Assembly (NCBI GenBank): GCA_011364925.1
Contig: RDOA01000002.1
Location: forward strand, 1-64,000
Reading direction: 5' to 3'
Length of the DNA: 64,000 nt
Source of the DNA: Promethearchaeota archaeon
GTDB taxonomy: Archaea; Asgardarchaeota; Lokiarchaeia; Sigyniarchaeales; SOKP01
The position numbers and the translations under genes are program-made. Each line of letters opens with the position of its first letter. The first letter of the stretch is position 1. Shown here piece after piece: positions 18,250 through 28,410 of the stretch. The notes beneath the pieces are model-generated. The model made no database searches, was not told the origin of the DNA, and worked only from the letters and a program-made list of their open reading frames with translations.

Positions 18250-18885
18250 ATGAAGGACACCTCTGAAAAAGTCAAAAAACCGATTCCTCATAAAAAAATA
18301 ATTATTGCAATCGCTCTAATAGCTGTTGCGTTTTTCGGATCTTTTTTTGTCTATTTCATACTACAAGTATCTCTTAATACAGAAACCCCTATTGTCGTGG
18401 TTATTAGCGGTTCGATGGAGCCTACCATCCACAAAGGTGATCTATTATTCGTTGCTGGAAAAGACGCGAAGGATATACGTAATGGAACCGCAGAAGATAA
18501 GAATGGAGATATTATTGTGTTTGATGCGCGTGGATTATGGGCTGGTGCACCTCAAGAACCAATTGTGCATCGCGTAATCGATAAATATAATATAAGCGAT
18601 GTATGGTTCTTTAGAACCAAAGGAGATGCAAATTATTACCCAGATGCAGCTCCTGTTCCAGAATCTAATGTTATAGGCGTAGTGGTAGGAGGTATTCCCT
18701 ATATTGGGTGGGTAAAAATCTTTTTGGAAGAATCAGGCATGTTAATTCCACTACTTGTTTTAGTTTCGGCATTGCTTGTTATCAGCATAATTATGGATAT
18801 TATTAAAAAAGAAGACAAGAAAGAAGATAAAAATACGACGAAAGCAAAGACTAAGAATAATAATCAACCTCTAAAAGAAGAGTAA
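18250..18885 (+). CDS. sec11: signal peptidase I, archaeal/Sec11 type
   Basis: Motifs VISGSMEP, GDLL, IVHRV and TKGDAN. Confidence 0.92.
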   Translation: MKDTSEKVKKPIPHKKIIIAIALIAVAFFGSFFVYFILQVSLNTETPIVVVISGSMEPTIHKGDLLFVAGKDAKDIRNGTAEDKNGDIIVFDARGLWAGAPQEPIVHRVIDKYNISDVWFFRTKGDANYYPDAAPVPESNVIGVVVGGIPYIGWVKIFLEESGMLIPLLVLVSALLVISIIMDIIKKEDKKEDKNTTKAKTKNNNQPLKEE

Positions 18886-19102
18886 TTTATAACTCTCCAT
18901 CATGATAATGGGAATCTGAAGTCTAGAATAACAAACCACATTATTAAGTAGACAATAATATTTTTATGAAACAAAATATTCTAAGAAAATGTTATAAAAA
19001 ATCGTAATCGTAAAATTACGAGAGAACACCAATACAGTATACAAAAAATACAAATTAAACCTATTTAAAAACAATACCAAATAAAACATAGAGGTAAATA
19101 AT

Positions 19103-19381
19103 ATGTCAAAAGAAGCAAATAGTGTTTTTGTCGGTCGACGGCCTACTATGAACTATGTAATGGCTACAATGATGATCCTTAATAAGGGAGAAGATTGTAC
19201 CGTTAAGGCCAGAGGTAGAGCTATTTCTCACGCAGTTGATGTGTGTGAAATTTTAAGAAATAGATTCTTAAAGGGAACTCAGTACAAAGAAATCAGGCTC
19301 TCTACAGAGCAGCTTGAAGGAGAAAACGGGCAAAACAACAACGTTTCAAGCATTGAAATAGTGCTTAGTCCTCCAAAATAA
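19103..19381 (+). CDS. albA: DNA/RNA-binding protein Alba
   Basis: Motifs VFVGRRPTMNYV, KARGRAISHAVDVCE and VSSIEIVL, with SD GAGGT upstream. Confidence 0.95.
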   Translation: MSKEANSVFVGRRPTMNYVMATMMILNKGEDCTVKARGRAISHAVDVCEILRNRFLKGTQYKEIRLSTEQLEGENGQNNNVSSIEIVLSPPK

Positions 19382-19716
19382 ATAGAGAAACTAATTTTTA
19401 AATTCTCTTCGCTAAAACAAAAAATCTCTCTTTTTTTTCCTTATTAATCCTTATTTTTTTATCTGGATTACTCTATTTGGAAATAGGCTTCTCGTTTAAC
19501 ATTCTCCTGGGGGTAGTAGATATATAGAATAAGATTGAATTTCTGAGCTTTCAAATAGGTTCATGGAAGGAAATAATAGAAAAATAAATGAAAGTTTGTA
19601 AGAAGATTTAATAACTCAAATTGTATAAATTTATATTAATAAAAAATCAATTTATATACTGGTTTTTTACCATTTTAACATAACTTAATAAAAGTATAAG
19701 AAGAGGATGAAAAAGA

Positions 19717-19914
19717 ATGGCAAAAAAAGGAAGGTCAGAACCCTTATTTGTGAAATCCAAAGTTAGAGAATATATTAAAAAGCATGATCTTAACACAGGT
19801 TCTGGTATTCTCGATGGAGAAGCGTTAAATGAATTAATTATTCAAATTCTTGACAAAGCTTGCGAACGTGCTCAAGCCAATGGGCGAAAGACCGTAAAGG
19901 CACGAGATTTATAA
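19717..19914 (+). CDS. short histone-fold protein with truncated alpha3 (face-to-face/Bd0055-like class)
   Basis: LFVKSKVREYIK...KACERAQANGRKTVKARDL; the histone RKTV..D motif sits at the very C-terminus. Confidence 0.85.
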   Translation: MAKKGRSEPLFVKSKVREYIKKHDLNTGSGILDGEALNELIIQILDKACERAQANGRKTVKARDL

Positions 19915-19940
19915 TCAAGCACAATAAATTTTAATCTTTA

Positions 19941-19950
19941 TTTTTTTTTT
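19941..19950 (+). terminator. oligo-T terminator after the histone gene
   Basis: T10 tract about 27 nt downstream of the stop codon. Confidence 0.45.
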
Positions 19951-19969
19951 AATCGATTATAATCAAACT

Positions 19970-22075
19970 CTAGGGATTTAGAGTAGAACTAATCAATTTA
20001 GTTTCTCTCTTAAAGTTTGCTGTGCTGATCCCCGTTGAATGATCCTTAGTGACATATATTTTATGTGTGTTTATATCTGAGGGTATATCTGTGTGTGTAA
20101 TTAAAAATATCTGCGAAAATGTTTTGGATTTTATCAGATGTTTGAGAATTCTCTCTCTTCGAGTTGCATCAAGCGCAGCTAAAGGCTCGTCCAACAATAA
20201 TATATCAATTTTAGGATTTTTTTTTGGTGATTCTTTTATTGGGCGAATTGTACTCATCAATTCTGAGATAGCTAATCGAAGAGCTATTCCTAAAGCAGTC
20301 TTGTCGCCTCCTGATAGAACCTCTATAGATTCATGAACTCCGTTGAAATTGTCTTTTATTTTCAGTGATAAACCTGTTTTTCTTGTTCCTGATAAATCTA
20401 AGAGTAGATCGCTATATTGACCAGATGTAAAATCTTTAATGTATTTATTTGTCGTTAAAGCAATATTTTTTACCAATCGTTTTACCACCATATATTCGGT
20501 TACAAATCTTCTAACAAACTCTTTTGCTTTATTTATGTGGTCAATCTCAATTTCAAGTTCTCCGATAGATTTCTCTAGTTCCTTCATTTGTTTAATTTCA
20601 TCTGATAATTCAATCTTCCTGCTCTCATTTTTTTCAAATCTTTTTTGTTTTTCTTCCAACTCCTTCTCTATTGCTATTAACTCAGTACTAAGTTGTTTTT
20701 TTTCTAATGCAAGCTGTTTTATTTTTTCTGGGTTTGGATCTTTAAACTTCTCTTTATTTTTCGCAAGGAAAGTATTTAATCCATTTGTCGTTCTTTTAAG
20801 TTCAGATTCATATCTCTGATAATTTTCGTAATCATCTTTAAGCCCGTGTATTACTAATAGTTTATTTGCAAAGTTTTCTAGTTCTGTTTGATATGATTTA
20901 ATCTCTGAGTTGTATTTATCAAGATTATTGGTAATATCTCTTATTTTCTGTTGGTCTACGCTAATCTGTTTGTTGAACTTTGACACCATATCATCATAGT
21001 GGTCTTTGGTGAGCTCCTGGTGACAAGTGGGACAAATTAATTTATTCGTATCGTCTTTTTTCACCTCGAAATCTAAACTCTTTGTCATTTTTTGTATTTT
21101 AGATTTATTTTCGTCAATACGACCTTTAGTGATTCCTAATCCTCGTAATGTTGACGCTCGTTCTCGATCTGCATGTTCTTTCAGATCTACCACTTTAGAT
21201 TTTTCTTCTTCTAATGACTTTATTCTTTCATTAATGTTTTCTATTGGTTCAAAATCCTTGATACTCAAAGATGTGTTTTTTATTTTATTTTGGAAATCAC
21301 TCTTATAAGAACTGTGCTTTTCCATATTAATATTATTTTGATTATAAAGCGTCTCTAATTCTTTAATTAAATTATCTGTTGGAAACGATAAAATTTTACG
21401 TGCATATTCTTCTTTTTTTTTATATGCTTTAGATGTCTCTTCCTTGATAGTAGTATTTTCTTGAGAAATCTGATTTATATCTTCTTCAATTCGCTCGATA
21501 GGCACCCTTGTTTTTTCTAGCTTTTCCTTATTATACTTTTGATTTTTCAATTCTTGATCTAGGTGTGAAAGCGCGTCGTCAATAATGTTTAGTCTAAATA
21601 AATCGATTATCATTTCTCTTAAGTCAGCACCTTTTTTACTTGCTAACTCTTCTACTTCTCCTTGTCTGACAAAAACAGTATTTAACGCTTGTTCAGTAGA
21701 AATTTCAAAAAAGCTTTCAATATCAAAATTTTTTATTTCACGATAAGCATTTTTAACCCATTCGAATAATTTAGTAGAGGTCCCTCCTGTTCTTCCCCAT
21801 TTACGATAAATGTTATACTTCTTATTATCCATAGTAAAAAAGATTGTCACTTCAGCTTTAGATTCGCCATATGTAATAAACGAGGCCGCATTTCTTGCAC
21901 TGAAAATTTTTGATCCGAAAAAGGCAAACAGAACGCCCTCAAGAATTGTTGATTTGCCGTAAGAATTTTGACCATTTATTAGGATTAACCCTTCTGGTAA
22001 TTCTTCATTAGCTTTAGGTAATTCTAATTGCTTGTAACCCATGAAATTTTTAAAGATAAGTCTAGTAATTTGCAT
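19970..22075 (-). CDS. rad50: Rad50/SbcC-like SMC ATPase
   Basis: Walker A GQNSYGKST, Q-loop VRQGE, zinc hook CPTC within the coiled coil, signature LSGG, Walker B LLLDEP and H-loop ITH. Confidence 0.9.
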   Translation of the reverse strand: MQITRLIFKNFMGYKQLELPKANEELPEGLILINGQNSYGKSTILEGVLFAFFGSKIFSARNAASFITYGESKAEVTIFFTMDNKKYNIYRKWGRTGGTSTKLFEWVKNAYREIKNFDIESFFEISTEQALNTVFVRQGEVEELASKKGADLREMIIDLFRLNIIDDALSHLDQELKNQKYNKEKLEKTRVPIERIEEDINQISQENTTIKEETSKAYKKKEEYARKILSFPTDNLIKELETLYNQNNINMEKHSSYKSDFQNKIKNTSLSIKDFEPIENINERIKSLEEEKSKVVDLKEHADRERASTLRGLGITKGRIDENKSKIQKMTKSLDFEVKKDDTNKLICPTCHQELTKDHYDDMVSKFNKQISVDQQKIRDITNNLDKYNSEIKSYQTELENFANKLLVIHGLKDDYENYQRYESELKRTTNGLNTFLAKNKEKFKDPNPEKIKQLALEKKQLSTELIAIEKELEEKQKRFEKNESRKIELSDEIKQMKELEKSIGELEIEIDHINKAKEFVRRFVTEYMVVKRLVKNIALTTNKYIKDFTSGQYSDLLLDLSGTRKTGLSLKIKDNFNGVHESIEVLSGGDKTALGIALRLAISELMSTIRPIKESPKKNPKIDILLLDEPLAALDATRRERILKHLIKSKTFSQIFLITHTDIPSDINTHKIYVTKDHSTGISTANFKRETKLISSTLNP

Positions 22076-22081
22076 CGAAAA

Positions 22082-23401
22082 TTAAACCTCTTTTTCTCTC
22101 TCCATCGCTCTTAATGCTTTCTTGAGCGCTTTCATTCCGATCTGCGTTAATTTATCAACATCGTAATTACTTTGTTCTTCGTTTAATTTTTCGCCAACAA
22201 ACGTTTTAAACTCGTCATCCGGCTTTTCTAGAATATAATCTTGGATTTTACCAGCGCTAATGTCGTCTTCGAGAATTTCAGAGATGTCGATAACTTTCCA
22301 AATTAACTGAAGGATGTTATATTTTTCGAGTTCAGAAAAGCAATCCCTCCTTATACTAGACATCAACTCGTTTATTTGCCAATTTTTTTCAAATGTTATT
22401 TCTCCAGTAAAATTTATTTTTAATCGAGCAGCTGTTTTTGGTTCAAAACCTTTGTCCGTCACATAAGGATCTAATTCTTCTTTTATTTTTTTTTGTAGAT
22501 CTATTGAAGTTTGTGTTGGATATACTTCTATTGTTATTATTTTAAAGTCTCTTTTTAACAAGGGATCGGTGAATACTTTTTCTACCTTCAAATATTTTGT
22601 TTTATCGTCAATATCTACGACTAAATAGCCTTGCTTCTCGAAAATTTCTTTAAAATTCATTGGTAATAAGCTTCCCGAATAATAATGATTCTTAGACAAT
22701 TGTTTTAAGCCATGCTCGTGTCCTAATGCCACATAATCATAGCCTAGATCATCACTATTTAATTTACTATGTAATGTGTCATCTCCAATAGAACCATGAG
22801 CGAGAGCAATATTAATGAATCCATCATTCTTCGGCGGTCTTTGATTTTCAATCCAATTATCATATTGCTGTTGATAGAATTCAAAACTTTTAAATTCAAA
22901 ATAGGGAAAAACATAAAAACGTATTTTCTTCGCAGGGAATTCTAATTTAAGTGTCTTCTTCTCTTTTATGGCATTAATCAAATCTCTTTCTTTAAAATAA
23001 TATATATTAAGGTTTTCTTCTTCTTTGATATGAGACTCAAATGGTGTAAATTCGTATCCTCTGAATATTCCATGATTTCCTTCAATATAGATGAAAGGGA
23101 CTTGATTGTTAGTATTTCTGAAAAAAATCTTCAACCCTTCTTCAAAAGTTCTTCTTGCGGGTTCGGGTGGTGGATATGAATTGTATAAAAAAGGATGATG
23201 AAACATGTCACCGCAGTGAATTAAAAAATCTAAGTTCTTTACTTTAGAGATTTCTTCCATAATCTTCAAAAAGGTGTCATAGATTTCTTGTTCGTACGGT
23301 CTCGAATAATTCTGAATTGCCCATTGATTTATAGTGCCTCTTCGTGCTCTATAACCTAAATGAGTATCAGCCATGTGTATTAATCTAACCATATTTTGCA
23401 C
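22082..23401 (-). CDS. mre11: Mre11/SbcD metallophosphoesterase nuclease
   Basis: Motifs ADTHLG, GDMFH, GNH, AHG, ALGHEH and YSGS. Confidence 0.88.
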   Translation of the reverse strand: MQNMVRLIHMADTHLGYRARRGTINQWAIQNYSRPYEQEIYDTFLKIMEEISKVKNLDFLIHCGDMFHHPFLYNSYPPPEPARRTFEEGLKIFFRNTNNQVPFIYIEGNHGIFRGYEFTPFESHIKEEENLNIYYFKERDLINAIKEKKTLKLEFPAKKIRFYVFPYFEFKSFEFYQQQYDNWIENQRPPKNDGFINIALAHGSIGDDTLHSKLNSDDLGYDYVALGHEHGLKQLSKNHYYSGSLLPMNFKEIFEKQGYLVVDIDDKTKYLKVEKVFTDPLLKRDFKIITIEVYPTQTSIDLQKKIKEELDPYVTDKGFEPKTAARLKINFTGEITFEKNWQINELMSSIRRDCFSELEKYNILQLIWKVIDISEILEDDISAGKIQDYILEKPDDEFKTFVGEKLNEEQSNYDVDKLTQIGMKALKKALRAMEREKEV

Positions 23402-23415
23402 TCTTAACTATAATT

Positions 23416-24591
23416 TTATTTAGGGGGGATTACCTTATGTCTGCGCACTTGCATAAATCTTCTTGTTTCGGGATCGTGCTGGAGTGTTAAAAATTCAGCT
23501 TCAAATTTATGTTTTTCTATAGGAAGCATAGTACTTGCTTCGTGAGCACCCGATAAGCTTAAAGGGTAACCAAAAGGGGAAAATGGGATTAATCTTTTAA
23601 GGATCATTTTAGCATCAGTTGTATCATAGTAATCAGGGATATCAAAACGTAGTGAAGCACTGTCTTCAATTAACCTTACAACATAGGTCCAACTAACTGT
23701 ATATTCTGATAATTCAGGTAATTCCACTATAAAAGGCTCAGATTTTATTTTATCGTCCCAATATAATAAGATAAAATTACCTTGAATGTCTCTAAGGCGG
23801 CTTGTTTTTGAAAAACTAAAATACTTAATATCGTAGGTTTGAATGAAATTATAAAAGAATTTAGTAAAGCTTTTGGGTGGAAATATGTGTTGCCGAAACA
23901 TATGTATTCCATCGCCTAAAAAAACAACTTTTTTATTCTTTCCCCAATCGGATTCGTCCCTTATTCGGATTAATGTTTTTAATATTTCATCTGCTGTGCG
24001 AATTCTGTCTACTACATGACCAATTGATGGATAATAGTATTTATGTTCGTTAATATGTTTGTTAATTTTCTTTTTATACACGTTTTCAAACCAATCTTCA
24101 ACCTCATCTATGTTATATTTTAAGCTGCCGTGATAAAACTCTTTTTTCAACTTTTTTACGAAATTTTCGATGACATCTCTATAGATGATAAGCTTGTGCA
24201 CATTATCTTCAATATATGCAAAAACAGGTCTATACATAACCATATTCTTCTTGTATTTACCGTTATTATAGTTAATTTGACACTCTCCAAATTTAAAAGA
24301 AGCAATTTTTCCATAGGTTCCCGAGTTGGTATACGAGCTTTCATCAAAGCCGATAATTTTGAAATCTTTTTCAATATATTCGCTTGAATCGCCTTCGATA
24401 ATTTGGTGAGGCATGTCTATACAGAGTTTTGAAGAATTTTCTAAAGGATCATCAGTGTCAAATTTATCCGTTTCGAGCTCTACTTTTTCATCTTTGGTCC
24501 AATTGGTAATTTTGCCCTTCATACTTTCTTTAAATTTTTTTATAATCTGATCTGGAGAATCAACAGCCCTTTTTTTTAAAGACTCGTCCAA
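23416..24591 (-). CDS. nurA: NurA-like nuclease (divergent)
   Basis: Motifs IGFDES, FLGDG, FSKTS and GYPLSLSGAHEAS; it lies between herA and mre11. Confidence 0.7.
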   Translation of the reverse strand: MDESLKKRAVDSPDQIIKKFKESMKGKITNWTKDEKVELETDKFDTDDPLENSSKLCIDMPHQIIEGDSSEYIEKDFKIIGFDESSYTNSGTYGKIASFKFGECQINYNNGKYKKNMVMYRPVFAYIEDNVHKLIIYRDVIENFVKKLKKEFYHGSLKYNIDEVEDWFENVYKKKINKHINEHKYYYPSIGHVVDRIRTADEILKTLIRIRDESDWGKNKKVVFLGDGIHMFRQHIFPPKSFTKFFYNFIQTYDIKYFSFSKTSRLRDIQGNFILLYWDDKIKSEPFIVELPELSEYTVSWTYVVRLIEDSASLRFDIPDYYDTTDAKMILKRLIPFSPFGYPLSLSGAHEASTMLPIEKHKFEAEFLTLQHDPETRRFMQVRRHKVIPPK

Positions 24592-24642
24592 TGAGATTAA
24601 TTCAAAATCGAAAGAAATTTGGGTACACCTCTGATTTAATCT

Positions 24643-26391
24643 TTAAGGTAAACTTGTTGGTGGAGGGCTCGGATTTTTTGTTTTCATAACTCCAACAAAA
24701 TTTTCATAAAATTTTTCTGATACCTCTTTAAAATAGTCATCATACAAGGGTATTCTTAACTTCTGGAAATTTGTTAACCAAATCGCCGAAATTAACCCTA
24801 TTCCTCTCGTTCCCGTTAATGATTCGAGATCTGACTGTTGAATGCCCCCACCAAGAGTTTTCGCAGCAATAGATTTTTCTTTCTCCGATCGAAGAGGTAG
24901 ATTTATGACCGTATTCATATTTGACAAAATAGTGTCATCTATTGGTGAATACTGTTGAGAAATGACTTCCAGAGCTAGGTTAAATTTCCTTCCTTGACGA
25001 GATATATCTTTAAATACGTTACTATATCGCATCATATCGGGCCTTAGCAAGCTTGGTGCCTCTTCAATCGTAAAAATCACGATGGGTAAATCTAAAGGAT
25101 CTTTTAGTTTGTTGCCTGCTTTAACATATAATTTTGGTAAATTTTGCTTAAAAACATCAAAGAAAGGTTTTGGTAATGTGCGCTCTAATTTTTTTTCAAA
25201 AGTGGTAAAGTCTGTTGAAGATTTTAAAGCTTTTCGAATATCGAATAAAGTTCTGGCTAAAACACTATTAAAAAGAAACTGTTCAAGATCAGATATCATT
25301 GAAACATTAAAAACAATTAATTGACCTTTCTCTAATTTCTTAATAATCTTGGGTAATTTGCTGCTAGCTTTCGATTGGAACATATTTGAATAAGTTAACC
25401 AATGCAATCTCCTTCGAACAGCTGCAATAGTACGTTCATTATGGTTTCCCGGAGGGGAATACAACTCATCTAGTAAGTTTTCGATAAAGTCTTCTTTTTT
25501 GTCTCTATAAGCTGAATGGACCGCCCCTACCTGTAAATCATTAAATGTGCCCGTAGCAAACAAATCTTCTGGTTTTATTTCTTGAAGGTTGATTATACAA
25601 GGTTCTGACATGCTCTTTAGTTCTGAAGGGGGTTCACCTTTGTTAGGGTATAAATAAAACCATTTCCCAAATAACTTTTTATCATTGTTGGATGCATTAT
25701 AAATATCGTAGATTCCATATTCTACACATCCTAAAGCGTATTCATCATGCACATCTATAGCTAACATCGAAGCTCTTTTACCTTTCCCGCTCATAATTAC
25801 ATTGGCGTTATGTTGAAGGAGACCATCAATAAAAACTTGATTTAGATTTGATTTTCCAGAGCCTGTTGCCCCCGCTATAAAAAAATGATAATTCAGAAAT
25901 TTGAATGGGAAGTAAACATTTACACTCATCTCAGAGGCTAATGTACCCATAAAGATGCCATCGGGAGAGAAGATGTTTTTTAAATAATTAGCTTTATCTT
26001 TCTGTATTGCCGATACTTCCATTGTATGGGGCTTTAATATACCTTTTTCCATTAAATCTTCAATTAAAAAGAAAACATTGACAGTATACGCTTTTTCTTT
26101 TTTAGTTTTCACATCTTTTTCGACGCAAACAATTGGACGCCCTTGGATAATGTATTGAAGTTCCGTTTCCAGTAAATCTCTAATATAATCACTTATTTCA
26201 ACATTTCTTAATTGTTGCCGGGTCATAATGTAGTCTGAAATTGTTTGTACGTTAAGAACCTGGACGATAATCGTGTATTCTATATTGTTCTCTTCATCTT
26301 TAGCGCTTAATTTAAGGAAACCGTGGAGGTGAAGATAATACTCGTAGAAGACTTCAATAGTGCTTTCTATAGAATTAATCCTTATAATCAT
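24643..26391 (-). CDS. herA: HerA-family DNA helicase/translocase
   Basis: Motifs HFFIAGATGSGKS, IDVHDEY, IEEA, RQGRKF and ISQ. Confidence 0.85.
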   Translation of the reverse strand: MIIRINSIESTIEVFYEYYLHLHGFLKLSAKDEENNIEYTIIVQVLNVQTISDYIMTRQQLRNVEISDYIRDLLETELQYIIQGRPIVCVEKDVKTKKEKAYTVNVFFLIEDLMEKGILKPHTMEVSAIQKDKANYLKNIFSPDGIFMGTLASEMSVNVYFPFKFLNYHFFIAGATGSGKSNLNQVFIDGLLQHNANVIMSGKGKRASMLAIDVHDEYALGCVEYGIYDIYNASNNDKKLFGKWFYLYPNKGEPPSELKSMSEPCIINLQEIKPEDLFATGTFNDLQVGAVHSAYRDKKEDFIENLLDELYSPPGNHNERTIAAVRRRLHWLTYSNMFQSKASSKLPKIIKKLEKGQLIVFNVSMISDLEQFLFNSVLARTLFDIRKALKSSTDFTTFEKKLERTLPKPFFDVFKQNLPKLYVKAGNKLKDPLDLPIVIFTIEEAPSLLRPDMMRYSNVFKDISRQGRKFNLALEVISQQYSPIDDTILSNMNTVINLPLRSEKEKSIAAKTLGGGIQQSDLESLTGTRGIGLISAIWLTNFQKLRIPLYDDYFKEVSEKFYENFVGVMKTKNPSPPPTSLP

Positions 26392-26574
26392 GATGATCTA
26401 CTTTTGAGTTTTGTTTTTGATTATTATAATTACTATTTGATCTATATAAATAAAGAATGCTATTAATCCGTGGTTAGGAGATTATCTGAACTTTTACAGT
26501 AATTAGGATTTACCTCTTTTAAATTTGTAGGACTATAAAAATTTTATAGTTTTTAAAAATGATATAGAACAGTG

Positions 26575-27768
26575 TTATTTCAGAAAATCTTCGATTAAGT
26601 TATAAACGATTTCAAGCGTATCAATTTCTGGTAAGAATGTCAGTCTCATATGCCCATTTCCATAACTTCCAAAACCAGAGCCATAAACTGCACATACGCC
26701 AGTGGTTTTGAGTAAATCTACAACAAGATCCTTATCAGTTTTCCACTTTCTCAATCCTGCTAAATCTAATTTCGGAAAAAGATAAAACGCTCCATTGGGT
26801 TTAACGCAACTAAACCCCTCGATTTTTCTAAGCCTTTCATAAGAGTAATCTCTCCGATCTTTAAGTTTCCTTACCATATTTATTGTATGATCGCTTTCAG
26901 TTTTAAGTATCTCTACAGCAGCGTATTGAGCAACAGAACTAGAAGACAAACGAGCTCTAGCAAGTTTTGCAACTCCATTTTTTAGTTCTTCAAGTTTATT
27001 ATGAGGGTCATGATAATACAGATATCCAAGCCTCCACCCAGTTACTAAATGCGTTTTTGAGAAGCCGTTTAGTCCAATTACGGGAACATCTTTACTCAAA
27101 GAAGCTGGACATACATATGGTTTGTCGTAAGTGATCTGATCGTAGATTTCATCAGATAAAATAGGCAAATTGTATTCTCCTGCTAAATCGATGATTGCTT
27201 TAATTTTTTGTTCTCCATACAAGACACCCGTTGGATTGTTAGGTGAACAGATTAAAATCGCTTGTGTTTTATCAGTAATTTTTTTCCTTAGATCTTCAAT
27301 GTTGGGCTCCCAATCTTGGTTCTCATCAAGTTCATATTCTATAGGCTTTCCATCATAGAAATTGGTATAATTTATATATAGTGGATAAGAGGGACCAGGT
27401 ATAAGCAATTCTCTCCCATTTTCTATTAAACTTGATATAATAAAGTTAATTCCTTCAGTAACACCAGAAGTTACGAGAATATCGTCCACTTTAATATCGA
27501 GATTTTGTTTTTCCTTAAGGGTTTTGCTTAGTTCTTCTCTTAATTCAACAACTCCAAGGGAATTAACATAATAATTTTTACCGTTTCGACTCGCGTTGAA
27601 TAGAGCATCGGATATAAAGTCAGGGGTAGGAAAATCGTAAAAAACTGGATCTCCAATGTTTAAATGATACACCTGTTTACCACTTTTAGCTACTTCATGG
27701 GCAATAGCAGCTATTTCTCTTATCGCGTATTCAACGCCTTTCACTCTTTTAGTAAGCGTACTTATCAT
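26575..27768 (-). CDS. class I/II PLP aminotransferase (alanine aminotransferase-like)
   Basis: Motifs EYAIR, LNIGDP, PNNPTG, SDEIY, NGFSK..TGWRLG and GAFYLFP. Confidence 0.9.
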   Translation of the reverse strand: MISTLTKRVKGVEYAIREIAAIAHEVAKSGKQVYHLNIGDPVFYDFPTPDFISDALFNASRNGKNYYVNSLGVVELREELSKTLKEKQNLDIKVDDILVTSGVTEGINFIISSLIENGRELLIPGPSYPLYINYTNFYDGKPIEYELDENQDWEPNIEDLRKKITDKTQAILICSPNNPTGVLYGEQKIKAIIDLAGEYNLPILSDEIYDQITYDKPYVCPASLSKDVPVIGLNGFSKTHLVTGWRLGYLYYHDPHNKLEELKNGVAKLARARLSSSSVAQYAAVEILKTESDHTINMVRKLKDRRDYSYERLRKIEGFSCVKPNGAFYLFPKLDLAGLRKWKTDKDLVVDLLKTTGVCAVYGSGFGSYGNGHMRLTFLPEIDTLEIVYNLIEDFLK

Positions 27769-27872
27769 CTTTAAACTTTAAGAAATTATCTAATATAATA
27801 CACTTAAGTATACAGAATGAGAGTTAAATAAATTTTCGTTCTTATAAAAATACGTTAAAGGATTAAGTGCTC

Positions 27873-28241
27873 TTAAAATTGAAATTCTCTATTTCTAAGT
27901 TTACTGACGAGGTGTCCTCTTGAGAGCAATTGAATTCCAAATTGAGAACTATAATCGCGAGAGAAATCCGTAGCGATATTGCATACCATAATTCCCCCTT
28001 CAATATCCGGGATATCAACGCAAGCTTTATGGAGTTGGCGCAGTTGGGTAATGGAGATTTCTCTTTTCCAATCTCGGACGAAAACTCCATATTTCCCATA
28101 CTTCTCATCACAAACAACTGCGCTAAATGTCCATGTTTTTCCCGATTTCCCTTTTAATTTATGAGGTCCATCAATAAACTCATACTTCTCAGAAAAAACT
28201 TTTTCAGTTAACTCCGATAAGGATTTCTCTCCTAATTCCAT
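27873..28241 (-). CDS. Mrr-like restriction-endonuclease-fold protein, probably catalytically degenerate
   Basis: The pattern KGKSG..W.F, DWKREISI, GGIMV and FGIQLL matches Mrr_cat-like domains, but the D and ExK residues are absent. Confidence 0.55.
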   Translation of the reverse strand: MELGEKSLSELTEKVFSEKYEFIDGPHKLKGKSGKTWTFSAVVCDEKYGKYGVFVRDWKREISITQLRQLHKACVDIPDIEGGIMVCNIATDFSRDYSSQFGIQLLSRGHLVSKLRNREFQF

Positions 28242-28410
28242 AAAATCACATTTAATTTTATATAAATATATCTTATAAGTAATATTTAAGTGTTATTTAG
28301 ATAGATATGCAAACTAATCATAAAAATAAGTAATACATAGATAATATCACTGTAATACTAGTATTGCATTTAAGGGAATGGTGATTTAGGTTACCGACAA
28401 AAATCGCTTT

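Noticed and set aside
23290-23360. Extra residues after DTHLG in Mre11 as a hidden intron
   Set aside because: It has no AT-rich stem-loop and normal coding composition.
26385-26492. Possible box C/D sRNA (ATGATGA ... CTGA)
   Set aside because: The boxes are about 95 nt apart, no C'/D' boxes or terminal stem are evident, the C-like box overlaps the herA start, and the motifs are expected by chance in AT-rich DNA.
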